A stretch of DNA of 42,873 nucleotides from assembly GCA_030587475.2 (NCBI GenBank), contig JAUQYZ020000157.1, forward strand, positions 1-42,873, written 5' to 3'. Positions 1-8,298 of this stretch are shown piece after piece. The notes under the pieces are model-generated. The model saw nothing but the letters and a program-made list of their open reading frames with translations, did no database searches and was not told where the DNA came from. Numbering within the stretch: the stretch's first letter is position 1; each line of letters opens with the position of its first letter. Source of the DNA: Candidatus Sigynarchaeum calidifontis (lineage in GTDB: Archaea; Asgardarchaeota; Lokiarchaeia; Sigyniarchaeales; Sigyniarchaeaceae). Made by a program: the position numbers and the translations under genes.

Positions 1-354
1 GACGTAGTTGCCGAAGAAATCCATGTCGGATTTGTAATGTTCCATCAACACGGAATCGATGAGAGCCCCGACATCCTCGTTCACCTTGTATACCTTGACC
101 GCGGGACCGATGGGTGTCTTCTCGTCCTTCTCGTAGATGAGTTTTTTCTCCTCCACGAGGCGTTTCAGTATCGGATAAATCGTGCCAGACTGCGGTGCCC
201 ACGAGCCAGCGAACATCTTTGCCAAATCATTGATCAACTTGAATCCGCTGATGCCAGCCGATGACATGCGAATTTTCAAGAGCGTTATGAACTCGTGGGG
301 CGAGAGCTTGACCAGACGGCCCTTGTAATGGAAGGATTTACCAACGTTAAGCAT
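1..354 (-). CDS. PadR-family winged-helix transcriptional regulator (3' end runs off the window)
   Basis: Absent from the ORF track; translated by hand from ATG 354: MLNVGKSFHY...ISGFKLINDLAKMFAGSWAPQSGTIYPILKRLVEEKKLI...VKVYKVN. The W-x-P-x-x-G-T-I-Y-P-x-L-x-R-L motif is typical of PadR. The frame stays open to base 1. Confidence 0.85.
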   Translation of the reverse strand, partial: MLNVGKSFHYKGRLVKLSPHEFITLLKIRMSSAGISGFKLINDLAKMFAGSWAPQSGTIYPILKRLVEEKKLIYEKDEKTPIGPAVKVYKVNEDVGALIDSVLMEHYKSDMDFFGNYV

Positions 355-367
355 TCGCTTTCTACCC

Positions 368-877
368 CTACCTCCTTGATTTAATCTTCTCTATCTCCTT
401 GTCCACGCCTCTCTCCAGCCAGCTCTTTTTCGGGGGATTGCCAGCGGCCTTGGTAGAGGTTGCCTTGTATGCCAGTCCCTGGATGATGATCCCGACGAGC
501 CAGAAGACCGTGGGCCACAAGAACCACATGTACCCGGGGGACGAGAAGAAGTTGATGATTCCGAGCGCCGGCACGGCCGCCAGGTATATCGCCGCGTCCA
601 TGACCAGGCCGATCTTCGCCCCGCCCGTGGTGCCGCCCGCGTACAGCGCGTAGATGGTCCCGTGGGCGACGATGCCAATGAACCAGCCGGCGACGGGGTA
701 CACGAACCAAATCGGCGAAAAAGCACTCGTAAGGTAATTGATTGCCACCAAAGCCAGGTTCACGCCGATAAAAGCTACCAAGTGAATTTTAAAGGCAAGT
801 TTGTGTAAAATCTTTGCCTTTGCGATGTGCTTCAATTCTTCATCCGAGAACGGGGTCGAATTGGAGGATGTTGCCAT
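368..877 (-). CDS. Membrane protein with two tandem 2TM domains
   Basis: Two copies of (H)L..F..vN..L..IN...sp...WF..P...W.iGi..(H/Q): FKIHLVAFIGVNLALVAINYLTSAFSPIWFVYPVAGWFIGIVAHG and IINFFSSPGYMWFLWPTVFWLVGIIIQG. The tail W.ER...EIEK is typical. Lies 13 nt upstream of the PadR gene. Confidence 0.8.
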   Translation of the reverse strand: MATSSNSTPFSDEELKHIAKAKILHKLAFKIHLVAFIGVNLALVAINYLTSAFSPIWFVYPVAGWFIGIVAHGTIYALYAGGTTGGAKIGLVMDAAIYLAAVPALGIINFFSSPGYMWFLWPTVFWLVGIIIQGLAYKATSTKAAGNPPKKSWLERGVDKEIEKIKSRR

Positions 878-916
878 GATCCTTCATTTTTTCATGTTTT
901 GATGTGATGAGATCCA

Positions 917-944
917 GGCATCAACTTGAGGTCTACTTGATGCC
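917..944. promoter_or_regulatory. Inverted repeat GGCATCAA-N12-TTGATGCC, candidate operator
   Basis: Perfect 8-bp arms in the divergent intergenic region, between a minus-strand TTTATA box (~969-977) and the 2TM/PadR start. Confidence 0.4.
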
Positions 945-1067
945 CACTAAAGCTCTACACCACGACTCATATAAATCTATCTGAGACTGAGACAAGCCCC
1001 GCATAGTTTCCTATTTTAACCAAGACTGTATATCGTACTTAGGAGCGTGCATTATGGGGGTCCGAGT

Positions 1068-2198
1068 ATGATCCAGTTTAATTTTGAAATCCTTGCAGAT
1101 CTGTTAGCGTTTATTACCTTTTTCGTGGCATCGTGCGTGTGTTTTATACAAGGAAGGAGGAAAAGGAATAGTGCTTTGCTCGTGTTGGGCGCCGTGCCCA
1201 CATCGTTCGGAATTTCAATCTTCTTTCAAGCAATTGCCTACATGATCCTCTTGGATGCGGCCGCAATTGCAATGATGATGAAGGAACTGTCGGTCTGTGC
1301 AGCCGTAGTCGGGTATGTGATCGTCTTCATATTCCTCAATTACGTCTGGTTCGAGCGGATGCGCCTTTCGTTGCTCGTTCCGGTGATCGTCCTTGCGACC
1401 CTGGAGATAGCGTCCATGTTCCTCGCAGGGGGGATCGTGCCATTATACTTCTCTGAGGGCGGGATGCTCGTCGCGACCAGCCTCGGTAAATACGGATACA
1501 CGCAATTCTTCGAAACCGTTTTCGCCAACGTCGGTATAAACCTCTTGCTCATCGCCTATTGGACCAAGTCGTATGTAAAAGCCCCCGCGAGTCTCAAGCG
1601 TACTGTACGGGCATTGTTAATGTACATCTGGCTCGTGGTCATCATGAATTTGGGAATCGTCGCTTTTATTTTCAGTTCGGACAAAAATGTCTACGGATAC
1701 TTGAACTTGTTCATGTACGGTCTCCAATACCTGCTCATCACCTCGGGATTCATTCTTATCATCGGCCTGGTCATCCATGATACTCGGTTACTCTTCATCT
1801 TGCCGTTCCGCGTTGATCGATTGCTCGTTATTTACAATAGTTCTGGATTGCCACTCTACGAGTATCATTTTTCCACCCAGAAGGTCGATGGCATCCTTTT
1901 CAGCGGGCTCATCCAGGGCTTGCAGCAGCTATCGGTCGAAGTGCTACAGAAAGGCCAGATCAGCCAGATCCTCCTCGAGTCGGGAGTGTTGACCTTCCGG
2001 AAGATGAAATTGTTCACGGTCGGGCTCCTGGCTTCTCGTAATTCCCAGATCCTCACGCGTAGCTTTCATAATTTCACCAGCGCGTTTGAAAACCAATTCA
2101 ACGAGGCATTGCAGCAGTTCAAAGGAGATAGGAGCGCTTTCGACGGCGCGGATCGGCTGGTCTCCGAGTACTTCGGATTCGTGCCCACGGTCGCGTGA
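1068..2198 (+). CDS. 7TM membrane protein with C-terminal longin-like domain
   Basis: Seven hydrophobic segments, then a soluble ~130-aa domain RLLVIYNSSGLPLYEYHF...LFSGLIQGLQQLSVEV...ISQILLESGVLTFRK..FTVGLLA...FTSAFENQF, matching the longin beta-beta-alpha-beta-beta-beta-alpha pattern. ATG 1068 is preferred over GTG 1047. Confidence 0.75.
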   Translation: MIQFNFEILADLLAFITFFVASCVCFIQGRRKRNSALLVLGAVPTSFGISIFFQAIAYMILLDAAAIAMMMKELSVCAAVVGYVIVFIFLNYVWFERMRLSLLVPVIVLATLEIASMFLAGGIVPLYFSEGGMLVATSLGKYGYTQFFETVFANVGINLLLIAYWTKSYVKAPASLKRTVRALLMYIWLVVIMNLGIVAFIFSSDKNVYGYLNLFMYGLQYLLITSGFILIIGLVIHDTRLLFILPFRVDRLLVIYNSSGLPLYEYHFSTQKVDGILFSGLIQGLQQLSVEVLQKGQISQILLESGVLTFRKMKLFTVGLLASRNSQILTRSFHNFTSAFENQFNEALQQFKGDRSAFDGADRLVSEYFGFVPTVA

Positions 2199-2354
2199 AC
2201 GTTATCTTCATCGAAAAGAAGTATCAATGGCTAGGATGCTGCGCAGATGTCCCCGCGGCATTGCGATGAGTGGTTGATGTCGCCGAAAGAGCGCTCAAGG
2301 AAAAATATCGATCATTGCTGTGCAAAAAATGAAAGCAAGAAAGGAGAGTTAGAT

Positions 2355-4625
2355 TCAAGCGATCGAGATCGTGATCGCTAGCCGTAAATCTTTGGCAGAC
2401 GCGCCCGCCATTATGGTGTACACGCCATGCTCCAGCACCCACGAGCGCGTTGCCGGGTTCCAGATCTTGAGATCAGCAGCACAAATTGGTATCGCCACGT
2501 GTCTTGTCGCCCCGTGTGGAATGGTGGCACGCTTGAAGCCCTTGAGCTGGAGGTGCGCCCGATTCTGGTATGCGGAAGCTGTATTGTTCACGTAAATCTG
2601 GACGACCTCGTCGGCATCGACCGTGCCTATGTTTGTCACGTCGAGCTCCACGAGCATAGTATCGCCATCGCGGGCCGTGGTCATGTTGATACCGAGGTTC
2701 GAGTATGTAAAGTTCGTATACGACAAGCCATGACCGAACGGGAATAATGGATCGCTGGCCAGGTACATGTACGTGCGGTTCTTGCTCAAGTCGTAGTCGT
2801 CGAACCGTGGCAGCTGGGAGAGCGAACGGTAGAAGGTCATGGGCAAGCGCCCGCTCGGGCTCACGGCGCCCGACAAGATGTTGGCGATTGCCGTGCCGCC
2901 GTCCTCGCCGGGATACCAGATCATGAGCACCGCGGCGGCGGCGTCGATCCAACTCGCCATGCCGATGGCGGATCCACCGTTGACGAGCACGATGCTGTTC
3001 GGGTTTGCAGCAAGCACGGCATTCAAGTAATCGAGCTGGTACAAGGGCAGCTCGTACCTGAGCCGGTCGCGACTCTCCTCCTCGGTCTCCGCACCTAGGC
3101 CGCATACGATGATTGACACGTCGGCAGCCGCGGCAGCCGCGACCTCGGCTGCGTTGTTCGAGTCGTTCGTGAACGGGACGTGGGTAAAGGAGATGCCGTT
3201 TGCATTTGCCCATGCCTCGATGCCTTTTTTCGGGCTGATGGCGGGCCGAGCCGGCCAGCCGCTGTACCCACCGAATTTTGCGTCGTCGGCGCCCGGACCG
3301 GATATGGCGATGGATGAAATGTTGGCCGCATTGAGCGGGAGAATCGCTGCGCCGCTTGCATTCGCGTTCTTGAGTAACACGATGGATTTTTCGGCGAGCT
3401 CGCGTGCGAGCGCATGGTGCGTGTCGTTCGCGATGATCGATGGCGGGAGGTTTCGCCAGGGGTCGTTTTCGACCGGGTCGAACAAGCCAAGGCGGAACCA
3501 GCGGCGCAAGTTCGCCTTCACGGCGCGCTCGAGCGCATCGGGTTCGATCAGGCCCAGGTCGTAAGCGGCCATGCCGTGCTTGGCGATTGCATCGCCACAT
3601 TCCATGTCGAGGCCCGCGTTGATGGCCATCGCCACCGCTTCGGGCGCTGTCCGCACGTTTTTGTGTCCCCCGTTGATCGTGCCGATGGCGCCGCAATCGG
3701 ACGTGACATAACCTTGGAAGCCCCACTCGCCGCGGAGGACATCCGTGAGGAGCCACTTGTTGCCCGTGCATGCAATCCCCGTTGAATCCCGCCCGGTAAC
3801 TTGTATCGCGTTGTACGCGCTCATGATGCTCTCGGCCTTCCCGTCTACTATAGCGGCCTCGAAAGGCGGGAAATAATATTCCCGAAGCCATTTTTCGTCG
3901 ATTTTAACGGCGAGGTTGAACCGGTCGCGCCATATCCCCTCTGGCGTCGTCCAGCCCTCCTCCTGGTTGGCAACGAAATGCTTCGGCGTCGTGACGACCT
4001 TGAGGGGCGCATCGAGATCGCGAGTGCCGTCTTTCGGGGTGCCTTGCATACCCTTCACGTACGCTCTCACGAGTTCCGCCGTGAGGAACGGGTCCTCCCC
4101 GTACGTTTCCGGGGTGCGCCCCCAGCGCGGGTCGCTGGCCATGTTGATCGTGGGCGAGTAATAGACGAGATGGGAATGCCAATATGGCCAGTTCGGTGCT
4201 TGCACTCGATTATCCTTGTTGAATGCTGCCCTCGCCTCGTCGGAAATGTACACGCCCATGGTGTAGATGGCATCCGGGTCGAACGTCGCACCGAGCGCGG
4301 CAGACATGGGAAACACGGTCATGCCTGCCGGCGACATGACGCCGTGAAGGGCCTCGTTCTGCGCGAAGAAGCCAGGGATGCCTTTATCGGTTCCAGGGAA
4401 GGGAAGCCGGGGGATGGGCGGCGATGTCTGGGTGAGGAAGGCGATCTTTTCCGAGATCGTGAGATAGCTGTATAGATCGTCGACCCGCTCGTCGATCGAG
4501 AGCGACGTGTCCAGGTACCTCGGGTTCAGCACGGGCCGGCGCAAGTACGCGTCCTCGAACAACAGCGGAACCGTGCAGCAGATGACTATCACCGCGATCA
4601 AGAACTCACACCCGCCACGGTTCAT
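2355..4625 (-). CDS. Membrane-anchored glycoside hydrolase family 3 (beta-xylosidase/beta-glucosidase) with Fn3-like C-terminus
   Basis: Motifs EALHG, DPRWGRTPETYGEDP, TPKHF, VTSDCG (nucleophile Asp), SIVLLKN, WYPGEDGG, PSGRLP, PFGHGLSYT, EVVQIY and LKGFKR. N-terminal hydrophobic anchor. Start moved to ATG 4625, just past the upstream gene's stop. Confidence 0.95.
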   Translation of the reverse strand: MNRGGCEFLIAVIVICCTVPLLFEDAYLRRPVLNPRYLDTSLSIDERVDDLYSYLTISEKIAFLTQTSPPIPRLPFPGTDKGIPGFFAQNEALHGVMSPAGMTVFPMSAALGATFDPDAIYTMGVYISDEARAAFNKDNRVQAPNWPYWHSHLVYYSPTINMASDPRWGRTPETYGEDPFLTAELVRAYVKGMQGTPKDGTRDLDAPLKVVTTPKHFVANQEEGWTTPEGIWRDRFNLAVKIDEKWLREYYFPPFEAAIVDGKAESIMSAYNAIQVTGRDSTGIACTGNKWLLTDVLRGEWGFQGYVTSDCGAIGTINGGHKNVRTAPEAVAMAINAGLDMECGDAIAKHGMAAYDLGLIEPDALERAVKANLRRWFRLGLFDPVENDPWRNLPPSIIANDTHHALARELAEKSIVLLKNANASGAAILPLNAANISSIAISGPGADDAKFGGYSGWPARPAISPKKGIEAWANANGISFTHVPFTNDSNNAAEVAAAAAADVSIIVCGLGAETEEESRDRLRYELPLYQLDYLNAVLAANPNSIVLVNGGSAIGMASWIDAAAAVLMIWYPGEDGGTAIANILSGAVSPSGRLPMTFYRSLSQLPRFDDYDLSKNRTYMYLASDPLFPFGHGLSYTNFTYSNLGINMTTARDGDTMLVELDVTNIGTVDADEVVQIYVNNTASAYQNRAHLQLKGFKRATIPHGATRHVAIPICAADLKIWNPATRSWVLEHGVYTIMAGASAKDLRLAITISIA

Positions 4626-4632
4626 GGGCCGC

Positions 4633-6492
4633 TCATCTGGAATCGTTCGCACCTCCGACCTTGACAAGCATCTTGGCATTACTTTTTATTACTTGCGGTT
4701 CCAGGCTCCGCAAGAAACAACCGATGAAACCCGCGACGACGATACCGAGAGCGATGGCTTGCAAGTACAAGTCCTCTTGCCAGCGCATTACCTGGTACCC
4801 GGCGTAACCGGTGACCAGCCCGAAAAGTGCCTCGGCAAGCACGCCGCCCCAGTTCCTTTTCGAGATCCCGTATCGCGATACTTCCGGGAACAATCCCCCG
4901 GCGATGACAGGCACCACGAAGATCCCCACGACGTGCCACGTGCTGGATTGTGTGCCCACGATGCCAGTGATGTACTCGTAATCTGGATAAAAGCACGTTG
5001 CCACGAAAAGCACAACGCACGCGATCGAGATGACGAGCACCGCCAAGCGACGCTTGTACCTCGCGGCGATGATGCCGATCACGGCGGTCGCGATGAAACC
5101 CAGCGGATAGAGCAAGAAGTACCGCATCTCGGCGAGCTGGAGATTGTCCTTGAAATACAGCGCCATCTGGTACCATGTAAACCCGATGGCCGCGGTCATC
5201 GTGAAGACGGCGAGGTGGCCGGTGAACCGTGGCGATCGAATCGTCTCGATCGACCGTGGCTCGGCTGCGCTCCTGCCGCGCACGTCGAGGGCAAAAGTGC
5301 CGAGGATCCCAAGTATGATGATGGCCATCGTCACGGAGGGAAAGACATGTTCACCCGTTCCCTTGTAAGAGTACGAGAACCCGGTACAACCGATGATCAA
5401 GCCTGCTGCCACACACGACGCGATCCCGACTAACAATCGTGACGTGAATGGCATCTTGGTGAGGATGTTAAAGATCCACGTGGCGATGGGTGGCAAGGCA
5501 TACAGCATGGCAACGTGGATCGTCGCGATCATCGTGAATGGCGTCTCTCGGCCGTTGAAATCGATCTCATCGAAGAAAAACGGGGCGAACCAGAGCGCGC
5601 CGGTGGCGAAGATCGCCCAGAACGCGAGTGATCGGATCCGGTTGATAACCCCCTCGCGACCTTGCCCCTCAGGTGCTTTGAAAAAGAGCACCCCGATCAC
5701 GAGGAATGCGGCGATCACGCCATTCAGTGCAAGCATTCCCCCGGGAATGGTATTGCTCGTGAAGTTATGCAATACCTCGTCGAGCACGGCGATGTAGATG
5801 CACGCGATCACGGGCAGTGCAAGCGCGGCGAGGCACGCGGCAACCGCCATTCCTGCTTTTGACATCTCGATAAGCGGTTTCGAATTCGGATTCCCACATC
5901 CATCAGACATCATGGAGGGATCAGGCGCTTCTGTCGTCGCTATTGCCGGCGAGCCGCGAGCTCGTGCCGCCATCGTGGTATTGACGGCCAGCAATGCAAG
6001 CACCATGACCTGGAACCAGGTTCTCGTGTACAAGGACTGGCCCGAGTACAAGCCTGGCAGTATCCAGAATGCTGACGCACCCATGAACGTGGCAATCACC
6101 ATGGCCGAGAAGGCCGTGGTGTCGTTCCGGTGCATCGAGCGGGATCTCGTAATTATCGCCTCGGATGACAGCTGGCCACACGCCAAGGCAATTGCGATCC
6201 GCGCCGCGTCGAACCAGCCCGTCCACGGCAGCAAGAGCAAACCACCGGCAACGCATGATGTCGTATTACGAAGTATACAGCCGTGTTTTTTCAACCGGTC
6301 ATGATTCAAGCCATACATGACGCACCACGCAGCGCCGGAACAGATGCCGACGATCAACACGAAAAGGCCTTGGCCGCCAGGACCGATGATGTAGATCGAC
6401 ATGTCCCTGAAGCCCGTGATGAAAGAAAGGGATGCAAGGAAACACGATAACAAGATATCGGCAATATCAAGCCACGCTGATGCTTTTTTCAT
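4633..6492 (-). CDS. Large polytopic membrane protein, function unknown
   Basis: 619 aa with many hydrophobic segments, ending 7 nt before the GH3 start, so probably in one operon. Confidence 0.75.
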   Translation of the reverse strand: MKKASAWLDIADILLSCFLASLSFITGFRDMSIYIIGPGGQGLFVLIVGICSGAAWCVMYGLNHDRLKKHGCILRNTTSCVAGGLLLLPWTGWFDAARIAIALACGQLSSEAIITRSRSMHRNDTTAFSAMVIATFMGASAFWILPGLYSGQSLYTRTWFQVMVLALLAVNTTMAARARGSPAIATTEAPDPSMMSDGCGNPNSKPLIEMSKAGMAVAACLAALALPVIACIYIAVLDEVLHNFTSNTIPGGMLALNGVIAAFLVIGVLFFKAPEGQGREGVINRIRSLAFWAIFATGALWFAPFFFDEIDFNGRETPFTMIATIHVAMLYALPPIATWIFNILTKMPFTSRLLVGIASCVAAGLIIGCTGFSYSYKGTGEHVFPSVTMAIIILGILGTFALDVRGRSAAEPRSIETIRSPRFTGHLAVFTMTAAIGFTWYQMALYFKDNLQLAEMRYFLLYPLGFIATAVIGIIAARYKRRLAVLVISIACVVLFVATCFYPDYEYITGIVGTQSSTWHVVGIFVVPVIAGGLFPEVSRYGISKRNWGGVLAEALFGLVTGYAGYQVMRWQEDLYLQAIALGIVVAGFIGCFLRSLEPQVIKSNAKMLVKVGGANDSR

Positions 6493-6628
6493 GCTTCACT
6501 CTACCCGTGCGCGATTGCCATTCAGTTCTGACGCAGCGAATTTAAGGGCATAACGCGTGTAATATCGTCTATGATGTTCTGCTGAGTGTCACATGCCATG
6601 ATCGGGGCAATAGCATCATCGAAACAAG

Positions 6629-8215
6629 GTGGCCGGTCGCGTGGTCAAGGATGACATCAAAAAGATCGAATTAACCTGGCCTGGAAAGCACGACAATGAA
6701 CTCGAGCAGATCAGCGCTCGACGGATAGACACTCGGCTCCGGGTCGTCGAGCGGGTGCAAGAAACCCGTGCGACGAGGGAAACAAAACGATCACCCAAGC
6801 AAACGACGCTCCACGACCATGGGAACCCAAAAGAAAGCGTACCGTCATCTAACTGGGTGAACAAGCTCGTTCGGGGGGAGAACATGGCAGTAATGGCATC
6901 GTTTCTCGAGGAATTCGAAGGGAAAATCGATCTCGTCTACATCGACCCGCCGTTTGCCACGGGTACCGACTTTTCTTTCACCACTGCCATCGGCGATGAT
7001 GACATGGCCATCGACGCGTCTAAGAGGATCGTGACGATAGAGGAAAAGGCATACGGGGACTCGTGGGGCAAAAGCTTGGATTCCTACTTGCAAATGATGC
7101 ACGAACGGCTCGTCTTGATCCACCGGTTACTTTCTGAGAAGGGAATGCTCTACTTGCATTGCGACTGGCGCGTCGTCCACTACTTGAAGGTCATGCTCGA
7201 TTCGATCTTCGGCCATAGCGGCGACGAGCGGGAAGAGGCCGGGTTCAAGTCCGAGATCATCTGGTTCCACCAGGTCATCGGCATGCCGCGGACGAATGCA
7301 TTCTATTTCCCGAAGCAGCACGAGACGATCCTCGCCTATTCGAAGTCGAGAAAGGACAAGATCGTCTTCAACGCGGGAGACAAGCGCTTGCGGAAGGAAT
7401 TCTCCGAGAGCATCAAGAAAGCGGTCAAGAAAGATGACCAGGGGAATGCATACTACAAGCGCGGCCGGACGGGAACGAAAAACGAGTGGGCTTACGATCC
7501 GAAATACCTGCAGACCAAGGTGAACCTGGAGAACGGGGTGCTCGTCGCGGACGTGTGGGACGAGTGGAAATCGTACCAGCCACGCAAGAATGAAAAGACA
7601 GGCTACCCGACCCAGAAGCCGGAGCAGATCCTGGAGCGGATCATCGCCGCGTCGACCAATCCTGGCAACCTGGTCGCCGATTTCTTTTGCGGCTCCGGGA
7701 CGACGCTGGCCGTCGCCGAGAGACTGGGCAGGAGGTGGATCGGCTGCGACGTTGGCCGCCTCGCGGTCCACACGGCATTCAAGCGATTGCTGGGGATCGA
7801 GGGTTGCAAGCCATTCGATCTGCTCGAGATCGGCGGCGATGCCGAGGCCGCTAGCCAGGCACGCGCCGAGGCGCGGGTGAAGGTCGAAGGCAAGAAAGCC
7901 ATGGTCGAGCTGACAGGCTTCACGATCCTCGACCCCGGCCGCGTCCCGCCGGAATTGAAAGGCGTCATCCCGGGATGGAAGGATTACGTCGATTATTGGG
8001 CCATCGACTTCGACTTCCGGGAAAACACGTTCGTGAACCGGTGGTGCTCGTATCGAACGCTGCAAGACAGGAACCTGGAGCTGGTTTCCAGGCCGTTCGA
8101 GTATCGTTCGAGTGGCAAGTACAAGATAATGATCAAGGTGGTCGATGTGTTTGGGACGGTTACTTCCGAAAGCCATTGCATCGAGATCACCGCGGACGCT
8201 AATACAAAGACTTAA
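6629..8215 (+). CDS. Site-specific DNA methyltransferase, beta class, Type III Mod-like (probably m6A)
   Basis: ELTWPGK N-terminus; motif IV IDLVYIDPPF precedes GYPTQKPE and motif I DFFCGSGTT; C-terminal beta domain YVDYWAIDFD...KVVDVFG. GTG start. Confidence 0.92.
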   Translation: MAGRVVKDDIKKIELTWPGKHDNELEQISARRIDTRLRVVERVQETRATRETKRSPKQTTLHDHGNPKESVPSSNWVNKLVRGENMAVMASFLEEFEGKIDLVYIDPPFATGTDFSFTTAIGDDDMAIDASKRIVTIEEKAYGDSWGKSLDSYLQMMHERLVLIHRLLSEKGMLYLHCDWRVVHYLKVMLDSIFGHSGDEREEAGFKSEIIWFHQVIGMPRTNAFYFPKQHETILAYSKSRKDKIVFNAGDKRLRKEFSESIKKAVKKDDQGNAYYKRGRTGTKNEWAYDPKYLQTKVNLENGVLVADVWDEWKSYQPRKNEKTGYPTQKPEQILERIIAASTNPGNLVADFFCGSGTTLAVAERLGRRWIGCDVGRLAVHTAFKRLLGIEGCKPFDLLEIGGDAEAASQARAEARVKVEGKKAMVELTGFTILDPGRVPPELKGVIPGWKDYVDYWAIDFDFRENTFVNRWCSYRTLQDRNLELVSRPFEYRSSGKYKIMIKVVDVFGTVTSESHCIEITADANTKT

Positions 8216-8298
8216 ATTCGTTCAAACGGAAAATGGCAGAAAGTCAACATGCCAGAAATCAAGATAATCCCCTTTAAATCGGATCGTGTAGACGCAGC

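Noticed and set aside
37-264. 75-aa plus-strand ORF
   Set aside because: Antisense shadow of the PadR gene.
1068-2198. 7TM proteins as rhodopsins
   Set aside because: No retinal-binding DxxxK/SxxxK motif in TM7 of the longin-fused copies, and no other rhodopsin motifs recognised.
2473-5433. Long alternative-frame ORFs (472, 224 and 308 aa)
   Set aside because: Arg/Gly-rich shadows of GH3 and the membrane gene, caused by high GC3; no motifs.
7127-8176. 349-aa minus-strand ORF as a possible restriction enzyme
   Set aside because: Fully antisense to the MTase, with no nuclease motif.
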